DNA of 64,000 nt, taken from NCBI RefSeq assembly GCF_009914755.1, contig NC_060928.1; one strand, 5' to 3'. Source of the stretch: the human T2T-CHM13v2.0 reference genome, Homo sapiens. Position numbers and translations under genes: made by a program. The notes below the pieces were generated by a model that was not told where the DNA came from, did not search any database, and was given only the letters and a program-made list of their open reading frames with translations. Positions 13,030-31,364 of this stretch are shown here, in pieces (position 1 is the first letter of the stretch; each line of letters begins with the position of its first letter).

Positions 13030-13450
13030 AATCTTATTTTTAATTTACTGGTTGAAAACAGCTTCTTGAATGCTTTGACTGAGAAGAGGGAGGTTAATAT
13101 TGAACAGAATTCTTTCACTGGCCCCTTAACTGTTAAGAGTGGCTCCAGGAATGATGCATCAGTCTGTGGCAGACAGACCTCTCTTGTCATCTAAACACAA
13201 CCACAGGCTTTTCTGGATGTCAAGGCCCAGCTTTAATAACTAGTGCTTATTTAATCGAGACAAATGAAGCTCTCTAAATGATTGGCAGCTTAAAGTCTGA
13301 CAGATCTGTCGGCTGTTATCTTTCAAATAAGAGTGAAATCGAACAGCTTAACACTGTGCAGAGGGTGGCTACAGCAGAGCATTGAGGCCATAAATATACA
13401 TCTTTAAATGGGTACAATGTATCTATTTTACCCAATCTCATAGGGGAAAC
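13030..13450. promoter_or_regulatory. Candidate conserved non-coding enhancer
   Basis: No recognisable repeat and higher GC than the flanks; TGATTGGCAG (13279-88), TGACAG (13298-303), palindrome GACAGATCTGTC (13299-310), CCATAAA (13388-94). Conservation not checked. Confidence 0.35.
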
Positions 13451-13889
13451 AGATTTTACATGATTTAACCGGTTCTATTATTTTGAAAAAATGTGATTAG
13501 CTAATGTGGTTTAATATCTGGAAAACTGCACGCATGTATTTTACCAATAAATTGAATGTAGCTTGTAACTTGCCTTTTTCCTCTTTTGGCTAATATGTTT
13601 GGTACAATTAAAGAAATAAATAAGGGAGAATAAAAGGCCCCCTCTAGTCCTGTTTTTACATTTCATTTATATTTTATCCTTACATTGTGAACAATTGATG
13701 TCATTTTTTCATGTCTTGTGTTTTTGACATGAGAATCCAGTGTTTTAAATTATATTAGTGTGGTAATTTGCTTTTAACAACACAGCAGCTTTTGGATGTT
13801 CTTCTTTAAAAACCGATTTCATTTAGGAGATGTGTTTTCATGTCACCAAAAATGAATGTTCAGACATGTGCATACTTTTAGCTACAACA

Positions 13890-14070
13890 ACCATTTATTA
13901 AACCCCAAGCAGTGTGCTGTGCATTTTGTAAATACATATTTGTAAAATGATGTATATTTTTAATTTTTACAATGGCTCTTTGAGGTGTGTGTTATTTTCT
14001 CCTGTGCAAGTTAACTAATACACCAAAGGTCACAGAGCAAATAAGAGAATTGTATTTGACTTCAACATTC
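13890..14070 (-). mobile_element. MIR fragment
   Basis: 'catttattaaacc...gttaactaatacaccaaaggtcacagagc...gtatttgac'. Confidence 0.5.
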
Positions 14071-15769
14071 TTTTTCTTAATCATACATTTTTTTCCACCT
14101 TATGTAATAACTTAAAATGAGAAGAGATATTATATACTCTTCAGTCAATTTTTAGAAATAGCCAGATTACTTCAATTTTATGGCATACATTCACATGATA
14201 TTATCATGGAAAAAATTATCAATAGCCTTCAAAAAAGTGAGTGTAATATGTATTAAATGAATTTCCAGGCACTGGAAATCAAATTGCTCATGTAGGACTG
14301 ATATTAACTACTTGATGATACAACAGGGCTACTCAAAAAATCTGCTGAAAAATTTTACAATATTATTATTCATGTTCACGTATACATATGTGTGTTATGC
14401 TTGTTTAACCTGTTAGTCTTTAATAATCAAAGTAATTAAAATAAGTGAAAATGTCAGAAGTGAGGAGACACAATAAGTAAACTAGTAGATTCATGTGGTT
14501 ATGGTAAAATTATGGGAAGACCATTATAGATTGATCTAGGTGATACCGGATGTAAAGCTAGTTTAACCAGATTGCATAGACGATGATCAAAGTTAGAAAC
14601 CAATTGGTTGGCATAGTCATGGGGCTGCCAGTTATGGCTTATTATAGGGAGGGCTGGAACTGCACATGTCCAGAAGTTATTCCAGGTATTGACATGTGCA
14701 ACAGGCTAGCACTGCACATGCAGGGCAGTAGCTAAGATCAGAGGACTAGGTTCCTGGTATGTGAAGTAGTAGTCAGGCACAAAGCCAGTGAACTTTAATT
14801 GTCCCAGAAAAAAATCCATTTTGAAATTCTCTATTTTACGAGGAAATGAGATGTCTAGAATCTCTATTTCTCTTTCATTAAAATTTGTTGATTAGATTTT
14901 AGCTAACTTAGTTATACTTTCACTAAATAAATTTCTTTTATCTATCTTGAAAAAGTTAACTCCATGCTTCAAAAGTTAGCTCCAAGTGTCTTACTCTTAT
15001 TGCTCTTTGAAGTTCACATTCTTTGGAGACTCAAACTATTTCATTTTCTATTAGGAAGTGAAGCCCTTCTTGCCTGGGCTGGCAAGAAGACAACAGCCCA
15101 GGAGAAACTAAAGTTGCATTTCCCTGTTAAACTCTATTCCCAAGTACCAGCATCTTTTCTGATTTGGGCCTGGTTGCACATCCAAAGTTGAGAAAAGTAT
15201 TTTTGAACACTTCACTTCATGGAGTATGCTGGATGAATAAGGAATCCAATATCTTCTGTAAACATGCTTGTGTCATAGACTACACAGGTTCCATTTCCAT
15301 AAAGTCCTCATGTAAGGGAAATTTCTCTCCTGATTTTGGAAGGAAACATATTTTTTCTAATATTCCTTTCTCTCAGCACCTTCTGTTGATTGATCTTTCA
15401 TAGTTCTACCCAGAATATTAAGTTCCTATTAACTTGTGTTTGTTTTCCAGGGAAATGAATGCCTCATTTAATGATCTTTAATTAAATTTATACAGATTAG
15501 GTATTGAATTTTTATATCATCAATAATTCCAAACCCAAATCATTATTTCTAAACTGTCACCCTTTAAGTGTCTTCTATTACTTGGTCTCCTCTTCTGACA
15601 CCAAACCTAGTTGTACCAGACTCTGTGATCTCTCTGGGTCCTCTCTTCTTACTGAGCCCTGTGTTTGCTCGGGGCTTAGATTATTTCTGAGGCATACAGC
15701 ACAAGAAGGTAAACAGTTTCATTTGACTAAATTGGCAAATAACACTATCAAAAGGCCAATGTCAAATGA

Positions 15770-16137
<368 letters not shown>

Positions 16138-16799
16138 AGTCTGAAGAAAAAAAGATTTTAGTCAGAATTTAGCAAAAATATGATGTTTTCCCCAATTTAT
16201 AAGGAGGATGTACACTTTCTCATATGAAATAATACAAATATTTACCTCATATAATTTCATCATCAATTTAACAAGCAATAAGTTTCTAAAAGGTGTTGAA
16301 AAAGTGAGTTTTTAGGTGAATGAAAAATAAAATTGTTGAAAATGATAAATAACAGTAAATAATGTTGTTTGTCATCATTGTAAGAGTAAATGATTATTTT
16401 TAAATATTTTAATATAAATCTAAAATGCAGTTCAGGTGATTAACTTCATCTATATTACTAGTAATTTAACTAGATTTGGGGGCTGGATATTCTGTGAAGG
16501 CAAGCATAATAGTCTTTCTGGTGCAGTATCAAGCTAACTATGTACTAGGCCCTCAATAAATATATTTTAGATAAATATCTAGAGGATATATTTTTAACTG
16601 CTCTTTTAAATGCATTTTCCTCAAATATTAAATATTTCACATGAAATTCTAAAAGTGACTGGACATTAAACCCTTAAAAATTAACATATTTGAGAGATGA
16701 TATTATCCATTAATACTATGAATCCATACAATTAGATAAAGAACATTAGTAAAAGTATACCACCACATATTTTAAATCAACTTTTAATAAATGTTTTAA

Positions 16800-18180
16800 A
16801 TTAATTTTTTAACTTTGAGATTTACAGAAAAATTGCAAAGAGAGTACAATCAGTACATTTTCCCATTATTAAAATCTTATATTAGTATGACACATTTATC
16901 ACAATTAATAAACCAATATTGATACATTTATATTCACTGAAGTCCATGCTTCATTTAGATTTCCTTAGTTTTTCCTAATGTCCTTTTCTCTTCAAGCATC
17001 CCATCCAAGATACAACATGGCATTCAATCATCAGGCCTCTCTAGGCTTTCCTTATGCTCGTTTTTAATAACTTTGAAAGTTGTGAGAAATACTGTTTGTG
17101 CATTTTGTAGAATGTCCCACAATTGGGATTTTTCTAATTTTTTTTATGATTACACAGATGTTATGAATTTTGAGGAGGGCAAGTCATAGAGGAAAAGAGC
17201 CATTTTAATTAACTCATATCAAGCGTAGACACTATCAACATAAATTATCACTGCTTATATTGACCTTGATCACCTCACTATAATATTGTTTGTAAGATTT
17301 CACCACTGTAAAGTTATTCTTTTTTTTCTCCCTTTCCATAATGTACTCTTTTGAAGAAAGTTACTACAGTTGGTTTTCAGTATTCATGGGTTCTGTATTT
17401 ACAGATTCAACCAACTGTAGATCACACATATATTTTTTAAAAACAATGCACAATAAAAATAACAATACAAGAATTAAAAAGAATACAATTAAAAATACAG
17501 TATAAATATTCACATAGCATTTATGTATTTAGATTGCATTTGTATTGTAAATCATCTAGAGGCGATTTAAAGTATATGAGAGAAAGTGGATGTGTGTAGG
17601 CTATATGCAAATACTGTGACATTTTATACAAGAAACTTGACTACCCACTGATTTTGGTGTGGGGCAGTTGTCTTCAAGTCAATCTCCCAGGATACTGAGG
17701 GATGACTATATGTGCAACCCACACTGAAGGAGTTGGGAGTTATGCCTCCTCTTTGTTAGAGCAGAGTATGTACATGTTTATTTAGGTCTCTGTTTCAAGA
17801 GTGATTTGTCTCTTCCACCCATTTATTTATTTAATCATTTATCTGTATCATTCTAGACTCATGGATATTTATTTGACACATTGAGTTATAATCCAATTCT
17901 ACTTTCTTGTTGTAGTCGATCCAATTGTTCCTGCTTTGGTTATTGGGAGTTCTTTCTTTTAACTTGCATATACTTTTTGGCATATCTCCACCATTTTGTG
18001 TAGGTGGGTTTTTGTTTTAGCAGTTGTTTGTTCATTTGGTACTGCCTTACTTTCTGGAACAACTAGGTACTCCAAAACCATCTTTTGTATTTCCTGACCC
18101 AATCTTAAATCTAGCCGTTTCTCCAAGGAGCCCTAATTCTTTTCATTAAAAAATAGAATTTGAAACCAAGGTCCAGCTGC
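16800..18180 (-). mobile_element. L1MC-type 3' UTR fragment, interrupted by MER2
   Basis: 'agatttacagaaaaattgcaaag...ttagtatgacacatttatcacaattaataaaccaatattgatacatt'; reads through the MER2 site as gaagaaagttacTAtgtgcaacccacact. Confidence 0.8.
17367..17708 (-). mobile_element. MER2 (TcMar-Tigger MITE), full length
   Basis: cagttgg...gattcaaccaactgtagatc...ggatactgagggatgacta, 342 bp, TA duplication at 17365-6 and 17709-10. Confidence 0.88.
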
Positions 18181-18199
18181 TACTTTGCATTACTTACTT

Positions 18200-18680
18200 A
18201 TTAGTTACAGGAGGTTTCTTGCCAATACTTGGAGTTTTTTATATGGACAACTACGTTATTTGTGAACAAGACACGTTTTCTTTCTTTTCAGTGTGTGCAC
18301 TTTTTATCTCCTTTGGTGTGTTTGTGGTAAAGCCTTGCTAGGCCTTCCAATAAAATATTGAATAGAAGTAGTGAGAAAGATGACATCCTCCCAGTTTGCA
18401 TGGAAAAGTATCTGGTTTCTCACTGTTCTCAAGTTATTCTACACTCATACTCCAAAAATTTGTCAAAACTACCATGTAAAGTTTTATTTTTAATATTTTT
18501 TTAACCAGTTTATGAACCCAGTGGCATTTGCTCTAAGAAAATCTTGGTTCTCACTCTTTTCATTTGCCTATCTCTCCAGATTTTGGGGTAGCAGATTGTA
18601 CAGAAGCCTCAGTTCCATAACTCTGTAAATGTGCTCCAAATGTGTTGCAGCTTCTGGGGAGTGAGTGAGACGTTGTTGTG
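18200..18680 (-). mobile_element. Old L1M ORF2 and 5' region fragments
   Basis: 'gctaggccttccaataaaatattgaatagaagtagtgagaaag' is antisense L1 ORF2; the downstream part resembles L1M 5' sequence. Confidence 0.55.
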
Positions 18681-18783
18681 CATTAGTGGGAAATGTTTTC
18701 ATTTTTATTATAAACCCCTTTGTATTATCAAATATACAATCATGTATTTCTGAACTTTAACTTGGGAAAGGCCTAAATTCAAT

Positions 18784-19682
18784 TGTTGAGTTGTAGTACA
18801 TTCTACTAAGTTTATGTTTCTTTGACATCCATTTTAAATGTAAGTTTGACTTTCTCATATCAGAAACAAGGATTATGCACCCTTGGAACACTTCCAGATC
18901 TCCACCTCCTACCAATTTCACAATAATTTGATTCAAATATTTGCCTCATGCAACTGTTTCCTGGCAACCACTTCCCTATGGGACAGCAGATACAACCTAG
19001 TTGACTTGCCCCCTATTCCCACCCCCACCATATGGCCTGTGCAGGTATGCCACAGTGACACCCTCTCACAGCATACCTGCATGGAGCACCGACCTGCTTA
19101 CTTTGAACCCGCCAATAAGAAGTTAATATAGAAAACCTGCTTGGGTAACACCGTGGACCCCAATAAAGGCTTTTACACTCAGGTCACTTGCCCTTGCTCT
19201 CTCTTGCTCCCCACTGTGGTTGAATTTGTGTGTTCCAGATGGCTCCCCACTTTCATTGGCTCTGTGAGGCATGCCACCCTCTTCTCTCTGTAAGTAATAA
19301 AGCTGTTTCCATTATTTCATGTGTTTTGTTGTCCTGCCTCCTCTGTGTCTCACTAGACCACATAAGACCACTCTGGAATCTAAGTATCCTCCCAGTCAGG
19401 GCTTTCTTAGAGTGTGGCTATCTTGGTAGGAATAACTGCACACTGTCAGACAAGAACTACTGGAGTGTGTGCAAGTATAAACAAGCTTCCTGTGAGAGGA
19501 ACACCTGGCCACAGGTCAGGCAATTAGGCATTAGGCCATCTGCCAGCATAAAGAAGTATCCTCTGAGGCACACACTATAAAGATTCATGACCACCTCCAC
19601 TGAAGCCCTGTAGAGGCAGGGCTAGAGTTCACAGTCACCCTCCAGAGTGACCTCAAGATCAAATTGGAAAGAAATCTCAACA
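18784..19682 (+). mobile_element. MER54-like ERVL solo LTR
   Basis: 'tttgactttctcatatcagaa...ccctatgggacagcagatacaacc...ggaccccaataaaggc...gtggctatcttggtaggaataa...cctcaagatcaaatt...caaca'; about 900 bp. Confidence 0.8.
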
Positions 19683-22149
19683 CTAGGTAAAAGGGACTTG
19701 GGAAAACATACATATTTCCTGGCAGCAAAAACCAAAAATAGTTTTATTAAATAATCAAAAAGTTGCTTCAAGATGAAATATTTCATGTTATTTTCCTTCT
19801 ATGAAAAATTTACACCAAGGCATGTTTTAGCCTTTTACCTTTTATATGTCTATTATTTATTATCAATAAATAAATTCAAATATATTTGTAAAAATCAATT
19901 TTATTCTTCAGTTAGTTAAACAGAGTCTATCCATTGTGGTGGAGGCATAGATTTTATCACAGGTGTTTAAAAGCATTCTGGAAGTGAAATCATGCTACAT
20001 GAAAGATTAGTGATTAGACCTAAGAAGTATATTTTTTATGAACACCCATTACAAAGATTTATGCAGAAATGGAGGTGGTGATCCTCAATGTCTGCCACAA
20101 CTCTTCTTAATAAGAATTTCCAGGAACTGTCTGTTCCCAACTATTCTAAATAGAACAATTGTAGCAAGTATACATTTTACCCTTTCATATTTTCAGGCGT
20201 TTTGGGTTTATCTCTTCTCTACATTTGGAATTTCCAATATGGCAACCCATTCTCTTTGCTCCTTGGAACTTAAAGTAATGATCATTAAAAAGAATAGCTT
20301 GGCTTCCTTGTTTGAAAACAGTGTTTTAAATGAAGAAGTATTAAATTGAGACTAGTTTGGTCTTTCCACTCAAGACCTCCTCTTTGTAAATAAAAGGTCC
20401 TCTTCTTTGTAATACAAAATGTAGCCTGAAGTTTATATTTATTGTCATTCATTTTTTTCCCTATGAGCTTTCTTTTCAGCAAGTTTGAAAAGAGAATTGT
20501 GTCCTTTACTTCCAAACAGCATAAGCTCCCTGTAATGTTGACATCTGCATTCAGTTTCTTGCCAAGCATTCTAAGGTAACATTTGTAAAAATTCTTTCTG
20601 GAGATACGGTGAACTAGTTCAATAGTACAGGATGGCTGGAGATCTCTGCCTCTCATTATATATCTCTGAATATAATATCACTTAGTTTAGTTATTTTCAT
20701 GATAGATTTTGTGGTGAATTGTCACCCTTAATATTCATTTTTGTTGTTGAATGTCTCTAAATGAATTAGATAGTAAGAACCAGACAGTCTGACTCCAGAA
20801 AAGTAGAAAGCTTTTATAAAAGGATTTCTATTTACTGCAAGGATTTCTATTCAGTGCATGATGGCCAGATAGGAAAATATACTTAAAAAGAATAATAGCA
20901 TATAAGGTTAATAATATATTGCACTAGATATACGTATTTCATACAAATAGTTTTTATTTGTTAATATTAATTTGTATAATACAAAAAAACGCACATCTAA
21001 TGCCTGATTTATAGATTAGCTAAAAAGAAGAATATGAAAAAAGTATTTCGTGAGGGCTATTTTGTCATAAAATGTAGATGTTTCCAAATTCCCAGCTTTT
21101 AAAGATCAACCATGTGGATTAAGTATTGCTACTTAAGTAAACAAATTAAAGGGCTCTCAGAAAGAAAATATAACAAGTAAAATAAATGGCAAAGAAAATA
21201 AATTTTTCAAAATGTCTGCTTTTAAAGTAAATAGCTCTTTGCTAATACTCTCCTAAAAATTAATTGACTTCCAGGTAAGTCTAGCCATTCATTTTATAAG
21301 TACAAATGATTTGAGTAAAACAAAGTCTATCATAAAGGACTAATGCATCATCTAATTCCAATGAATTTTAGGTATTTAATATTCTTTAAAAATTAAAGTG
21401 CTTCCTGGAATAATGAAAATAATGAAATCACCAAATGCTTGAATATTTTATTACATATCTCTAGCCAAGTCATGTTATTTAAGCTACACAAAGTTTCTTT
21501 TTCATCAGGACATTAATCTAAACACCCTTGCCATTTATTGGCAACACAGAACATCAATGGACACTCAAACCCTTTCCAATAGACTATCTTTACTTTCTCC
21601 TTTAAAACTTTATACTAAATATATTTCTCTCTCCTAAAATACAATTTTACTGAAAGAACAATAAGAACAAAAAGGAGTAAGGAACCCATACATAAAAGTA
21701 ATGGAAGTAGGAATGTATATTTTCAACACCCTATCTTTAAGATGGCAACCTTTCATAAAAGGCTGAGTTTTTTTAGTTTTTAGGAGAATTCATCCTATGA
21801 AGCCAGCAAACTTTCATGCCACAGGGGAGAATGAGTGTAGCAGTGAGGGCTTCTCTTCTCAAAGGATCCCCAGAAAATATGATTGTGGATGAAAAGAACT
21901 AGGAAAAGAAGGCAGGAGCCAAACTTAGAATAATTACTTGAACAAATTTGGAAAATTTGGACCTAGGGTTCATTTTAAGCCTTCATCCTGTATCTCTGTA
22001 TTCTCAGGTGTAAACCCCACATAGACTCTGTAAATAATGTGGGATTGTGCCTTTGCACCTTCTTACTCTGTATGTTATCACGAGAGAGAAATAGACAAAT
22101 GCTGCTTTGAACCTTATCAATAAAAATGGGAAAACTCTATGTAATGAAA

Positions 22150-22270
22150 GAACACAGCAAAACGGTGATCATCTACAAGCCAAGGAGAGAGGCCTAAGGA
22201 GAAACTAAACCTGCCAACACCTTGCTCTTGGCCTTCTAGACCCCATAATCATGAGAAATTGTTTAAGCCC
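22150..22270 (+). mobile_element. MLT1A/B/C-type LTR fragment
   Basis: 'catctacaagccaaggagagaggcc...aaacctgccaacaccttg...tgagaaattgtttaagccc'. Confidence 0.75.
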
Positions 22271-23486
22271 AAAAGTGAAAATAAAGAAAATCTATGGATG
22301 AGAGAAAGTTTAAAAATAAAAATTTATAGAGTACACACCCCCAGATTAAATCTTTCTCACTTTTTTATCCATGTGGGTCCAGACTTCCTAGCTACTTTGT
22401 TTGTAAACACTCTAACCAGAATCTCTGCTTAAATATCCCTTGCCTACTTACTCATCCAGTCGGAGCTAGCTCAGGCACAGCGTGAAAAGGTAGATGTGGA
22501 AACACATTCAGAACTAGATAAAAATATTATGCCTGCAACTTGTATTAATAATGCCACTGTTTTATTTAGCTCTATATGACTAGTTTAAAATAATTCATCA
22601 TTTTTTAAAAAGGTAAAGAGAAAGAATATGAATTGAATATTCGACGAAGGGGAAGCAGGGATACCAGAAAGAAAAATATAATGGAGGATGGAGGCCAAAT
22701 ATATTAAGAGATTTAAATAGAATAACTTAGTATATTAAAAGACACAGACTTCTGTATTATTATTTTTTAAGGTTACAGTAGGCTTTGGAAATACATTTGT
22801 AAATATGATATAGGCTTTGAACGTAAATTTAACAAGAATGCTGAACAAATAATAACAATAGAAAAAACTTGGCACACAATCTGGGGCTAAATCAAATTAG
22901 ATGTCAAATATTGAATAGGAAAGATAAATTATATATTTCTTGTGTTGTCACAATAGCAAGATTATATATTATTTATGCTACAAACAATATCACATTACTA
23001 CTTATTTTAAAAAAGAAAGAAAGTAGTAGACTAAACCAGTATTATTGGTGGAAATTTCTGAATCAGGAAGGTATTCTGCGAGAAAAAACACAAACATAGT
23101 AAGAGCTTACATGCTAAAAGCTGCAATAATACTAAGCTGGAAAAATATAATAATACTTCCTGCAATAGTCTAAGCATCTAAACTATCTCACCTTTGTCTG
23201 GAAGGCTGTGACAGGCCTCCCACACAGAACCATGACATGGTATTCAAGGATGTGCCAGGCACAATTGGAATACAGACAGGTTAAATAGTGAAAAGCCATG
23301 TCAAAAATTACTCTAAATTAATCTAGGAAGCAATGCCAGCTTTGGACCGAGCCCAAAGAAGTGCCGACCCTACTTGGACAATCATTTGTAAGGATGAAAT
23401 CTCTTTACAACCTCCAGTCGCTATTGCCCAGTCTCTATTCAGATTTGTTCTTAAGCCCCAGGGTTCTTAGTTAAAAGTTAGTCAAA

Positions 23487-27291
<3,805 letters not shown>

Positions 27292-27363
27292 AAAAGTTAG
27301 TCAAAAGTACCCCAAAGAAAAATTCTGAAATGCAAGTTGTTGAAAAATTTACAATAATGTGCC

Positions 27364-27646
27364 TTTTTTTTTTTTTTTTGAGACAGTGCCTTGCTGTGTT
27401 GCCCAGGCTGGTGTGCAGTGGCATGATCATAACTCACAGTAACTTCAAATTCCCAGGCTCAAGTAATTCTCCCACCTCAGCCTCTTGAGTAGCTGGGACT
27501 ATAAGCATATTCAACTAATTTTTCTATTTTTAGTAGAGACAAATTCTCATTAGCCCAGCTGGTCTCAAACTCCTGGGCTCAAGTGATCAGCCTTCCTCAG
27601 ACTCCCAAAGTGCTAGGATTATAGGCGCGATCTACCACAGCTGGCC
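27364..27646 (-). mobile_element. AluJ
   Basis: Diverged Alu with gatcataactcac and ctcctgggctcaagtgatc; TSD taatgtg(c/g)ct. Confidence 0.9.
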
Positions 27647-27999
27647 TAATGTGGCTCTCTGTGAACACAGAGTTCATAGAAAGTCTAAGCTACAGTTACA
27701 GAGATAATCCAAGTTTCAATGTTTCTGTTATATCATTAATAAGCATATCTGCTCATACATTACCCCTGCTGTTCACTCAAGTACCCACAACTTGATATTC
27801 AAATATCTCCTTTAGGAATATATACTGCCAAACAATTGGAGAAATGTAAGGTTTTTTGTAAAACAAACAATCTTGCAGAAAGAAACATGAAAATCTTGTA
27901 TATATCCTCTCTCAAGATTATTTCATCTGTATGGCAACATAGTAGTTGTATTTGTTATAATTCCTAAGTATATTTTGCCATAATTTTAGCACACACAAA

Positions 28000-28235
28000 C
28001 TACTTTTACTTGCTGAGTACATGAGAATTACTGTGCTGGGTGTTGTTTATACATAATTTTATTTGGTTATCATAAAAACTTTTGAGGTAGACATTTTGGG
28101 AGAAAAAAAATATATGAGTTGAAGATTCAGGTTTGAAAGGTTAAGCAAGTTGCCAAATTCTTACATCTATAATGTGCCAGAGCCTGAATTTGAACATATT
28201 TCAGTCTGATGTCAAATATATGCTCCTAACCACCT
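28000..28235 (-). mobile_element. MIR
   Basis: 'aaggttaagcaagttgccaa...ccagagcctgaatttgaac...cagtctgatgtcaaa...tgctcctaaccac'. Confidence 0.7.
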
Positions 28236-29794
28236 CATTATAATGCTTTCCAAATTCTTATGTTGTTGACTCTCTAGGAAAGGAGATTTAAATTAAGCAA
28301 ACTATTCTGCACCTTGCAGCCTTCAATTTAAGGGAATATGTCAATACATGCTTACATTGCTCAGTGGGAGTATGGATGACAAAAGTTGAAGCAGATGGTG
28401 TAACTGTGCGATTAACTTTCTTCTGCTTTAACCTTCCTACTTTTTCCTTTTGCACTAACCACATAATTTATTTGCCAAGTAAAAAAGCAACAGCTTTCAG
28501 AAGAAAAAATCAGCTCTTTAAAGGATCATCTGAGGAAAGAACATGAGAAAAAAAAAAAAAGACTGGTGCATGTGGAGACTTTGCCTTCTTTTTTACTTAT
28601 ACTGTTTGTTTGTCTAATTTTCCCAATTAAAAAAAATAAAGAAATCTACATTTTCAACATAGCATTTTACTTATATGCTTTAGGAAATAGACTCTCAGCA
28701 TTTTAAGTATCTATATATGTGCAAAACTAAAATCCAGGATAATATTTTACAGAGTTCCTCATTGCAGCAATTTTTGATGTGAAGACACTAAGGAGCAAGC
28801 GTTCTTTATATGAACAGGCAGTGGGCTCTGTGTTTAGACATTTTTCTCTTTATCGTGAGGCATTTAGCATGCTTATTTCACTGAAAAGAAGCTATACTCA
28901 ATTATTTCTAAATTAAGATTGAATCTTATTATTTGTAAACTTATCTATAATGAAATTCGTTTTGTAGTAAAATGGAATGGAATTCCATAAATGTTTGGAG
29001 AATGGCAAGAAACAAATTAAAATTCCCTTTGAATGGAAAATTGAACTTGCCCTTTCATGAAAATGTCTGTTGAAAATTAACCCGTTAATAGAATAATACT
29101 TTAGGTTCATGACAAGTTTTCATCATTTTAGACTGAATAGAATTAGGCTAACTTAGAATGTTATGGTAATGTAGATTAATTTGAATTAAAACTGCTAAAA
29201 CAAAACTTGCCAGAAAACATTTTCATTTTTAGAAAAGGACTGAAAGCAATATTTACCATTAATCATATGATTTTGTCTTATATTAGATTTCATAGTAATA
29301 CCAGTAAAGCTAAGCCTCTATGGTTGTAACAATTAAGAATGTTAGTCCCTCATTTCTGGTATTCAGGGAATATAATGCATCTCAAATACACCTCTACTGT
29401 GTGACCTAGTAATTCTTACTATTTCCAAAAACAATATGAGATAAAACATTTCCCTTTCTGAATGAAAATACCTAATGTGCACCTGTGAAATCTTTCATTA
29501 ATGCCCTTGTTTTTCCCAGGCACATTTTGCAAAATATGTACTCCTCCTCTAAACAGAATGATGTGGAAAAGTTAAAGGAAAATTAAGCTCGACCGTGCTC
29601 AGTAACATGATGAAAGAGATTTTTAAAATATTTAATGTACCCCTTTTGTATTCGTCAGAATGTCAAATTTAAAATTAGAATATATATTCTATGACAAACA
29701 GCAGCAAATTAAGAGAACATAAGTGCGTAGTTTTAAGTATATAATAAAAAAGAAAAGGCTAATTTTGTTTTTCTGAGTTGACTTTATCACACTG

Positions 29795-30987
29795 CAGTCA
29801 TGCACCACATAAGGATGTTTTTGTCAATGTCTAATGCCATATACAACAGTGGTCCCATAAGATTATAAAGGAACTGAAAAATTCCTATCACCTAGTGATG
29901 CCGTGATAGCATTGCAGCACAACGCATAACTCAAGTGTTTGTGGCGATGTTAGTATAAACAAAATCACTGGGCTGACAGTCAAAAAAAGTATAGCACATA
30001 TAATTATGGACAGTACATAATACTAGATAATGATAATAAATGAGTATATTACAAGGTTATGTATTTATTACACTTTTTAATCATTCTTTCAGAGTGTACT
30101 TCTACATGTTAAAAATAAGTTAATTGGAAAATAGCCTTAGGCAAGTCCTTTAGAAGGTGGAAAAGAGCACTTCTATCATAGGAAATGACAGCTCCATGCA
30201 TTATTACCCCTGAAAACCTGCCAGTATGATAAGATGTGGAGGTGGAAGATAGTGATATTGATAATTCGGATCTTGTGTAGGTCTAGGCTAATGTGTGTGG
30301 TTGTGTCTTAGTTTTTAACAAAAAGTTTAAAGAGTAAAATATAAGCTAGAAAGTTTTAAAAATAGAAAAAAAGCTGATAGAATAAGCATGTAAGAAGAAA
30401 ACATTTTTGTATAGTGTTATAATGTTTTTGTGTTTTGAGCTAAGTGTTTGTAAAAATGAGTCCAAAAGTTTAAAAAAGTAAAAAGTTTATAAAGTAAAAT
30501 TGTTACAGTAAGCTGAAGTTAACTTATTATTGAGCAAAATATATTCTTATAAATTTAATGTAGCCTAAGTGTAGAGTGTTTGTAAAGTCTACAGTGGTGT
30601 GCAGTAATGTCCTAGGCCTTCGTGTTCACTCACCACCCACTCACTCACCCACCTAATGCAACTTCCAGTCCTGCAAGCTCCATTCCTAATAAGTGCTATA
30701 TACAGGTATACCATTTGTCCATTTTATATCATATTTTTACTGTACATTTTCTATATTTAGATAATCAAATACTTATCATTGTGTTACAATTCCCCACAGC
30801 ATTCAGTGCAGTAGCATGTTGTGCATGTTTGTAGCACACGAGCAATAAGCTACACCATATAGCCTAGGTCTGTAGTAGGCTATACCACCTAGGTTTGTGT
30901 GAGTACACTCTATGATTGCACAATAACGAAATCATCTAATGATGCATTTCTCAAAATGTATCCCCTCCATTAACTGACACATAACTG
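29795..30987 (+). mobile_element. Tigger3b (MER7-type) non-autonomous DNA transposon, near full length
   Basis: TIRs cagtcatgcaccacataa...ttaactgacacataactg followed by TA; internal ggtcccataagattata and gcctaggtctgtagtaggctataccacctagg; about 1.19 kb. Confidence 0.9.
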
Positions 30988-31364
30988 TATTTTAAAAATT
31001 ATATAGCAAGCTACTATGTACTATTGTAGGAAAATAGTAATAAACTACTCTATCACTAAATTAATGTTGAAAAATTAAACATCTATAAGGGAAGTAAGCA
31101 GAACTACAACTAAAACCTCCTCAAGAATTAGCACCTAATAAATATTTGTGGGACTAATTGACATTATTTTCAGCATTTCAGGGATTTTGTGTCATAACGT
31201 GTCATTCTGTAATCGGTTATACGTTATACAAATTATATACATATACATATACCAAGTATAATTTTAAATGTGTAAATAAGTTTATACATTTTAATGCCTA
31301 GATTATTAAAATTTGATTTGATGTATTACACTATAGTTATATTTATAACTACTAAAAGTAGAAG

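Noticed and set aside
20038-20656. Overlapping 103-aa and 123-aa ORFs in unique sequence
   Set aside because: No recognisable domain or splice structure; composition fits chance ORFs in AT-rich DNA.
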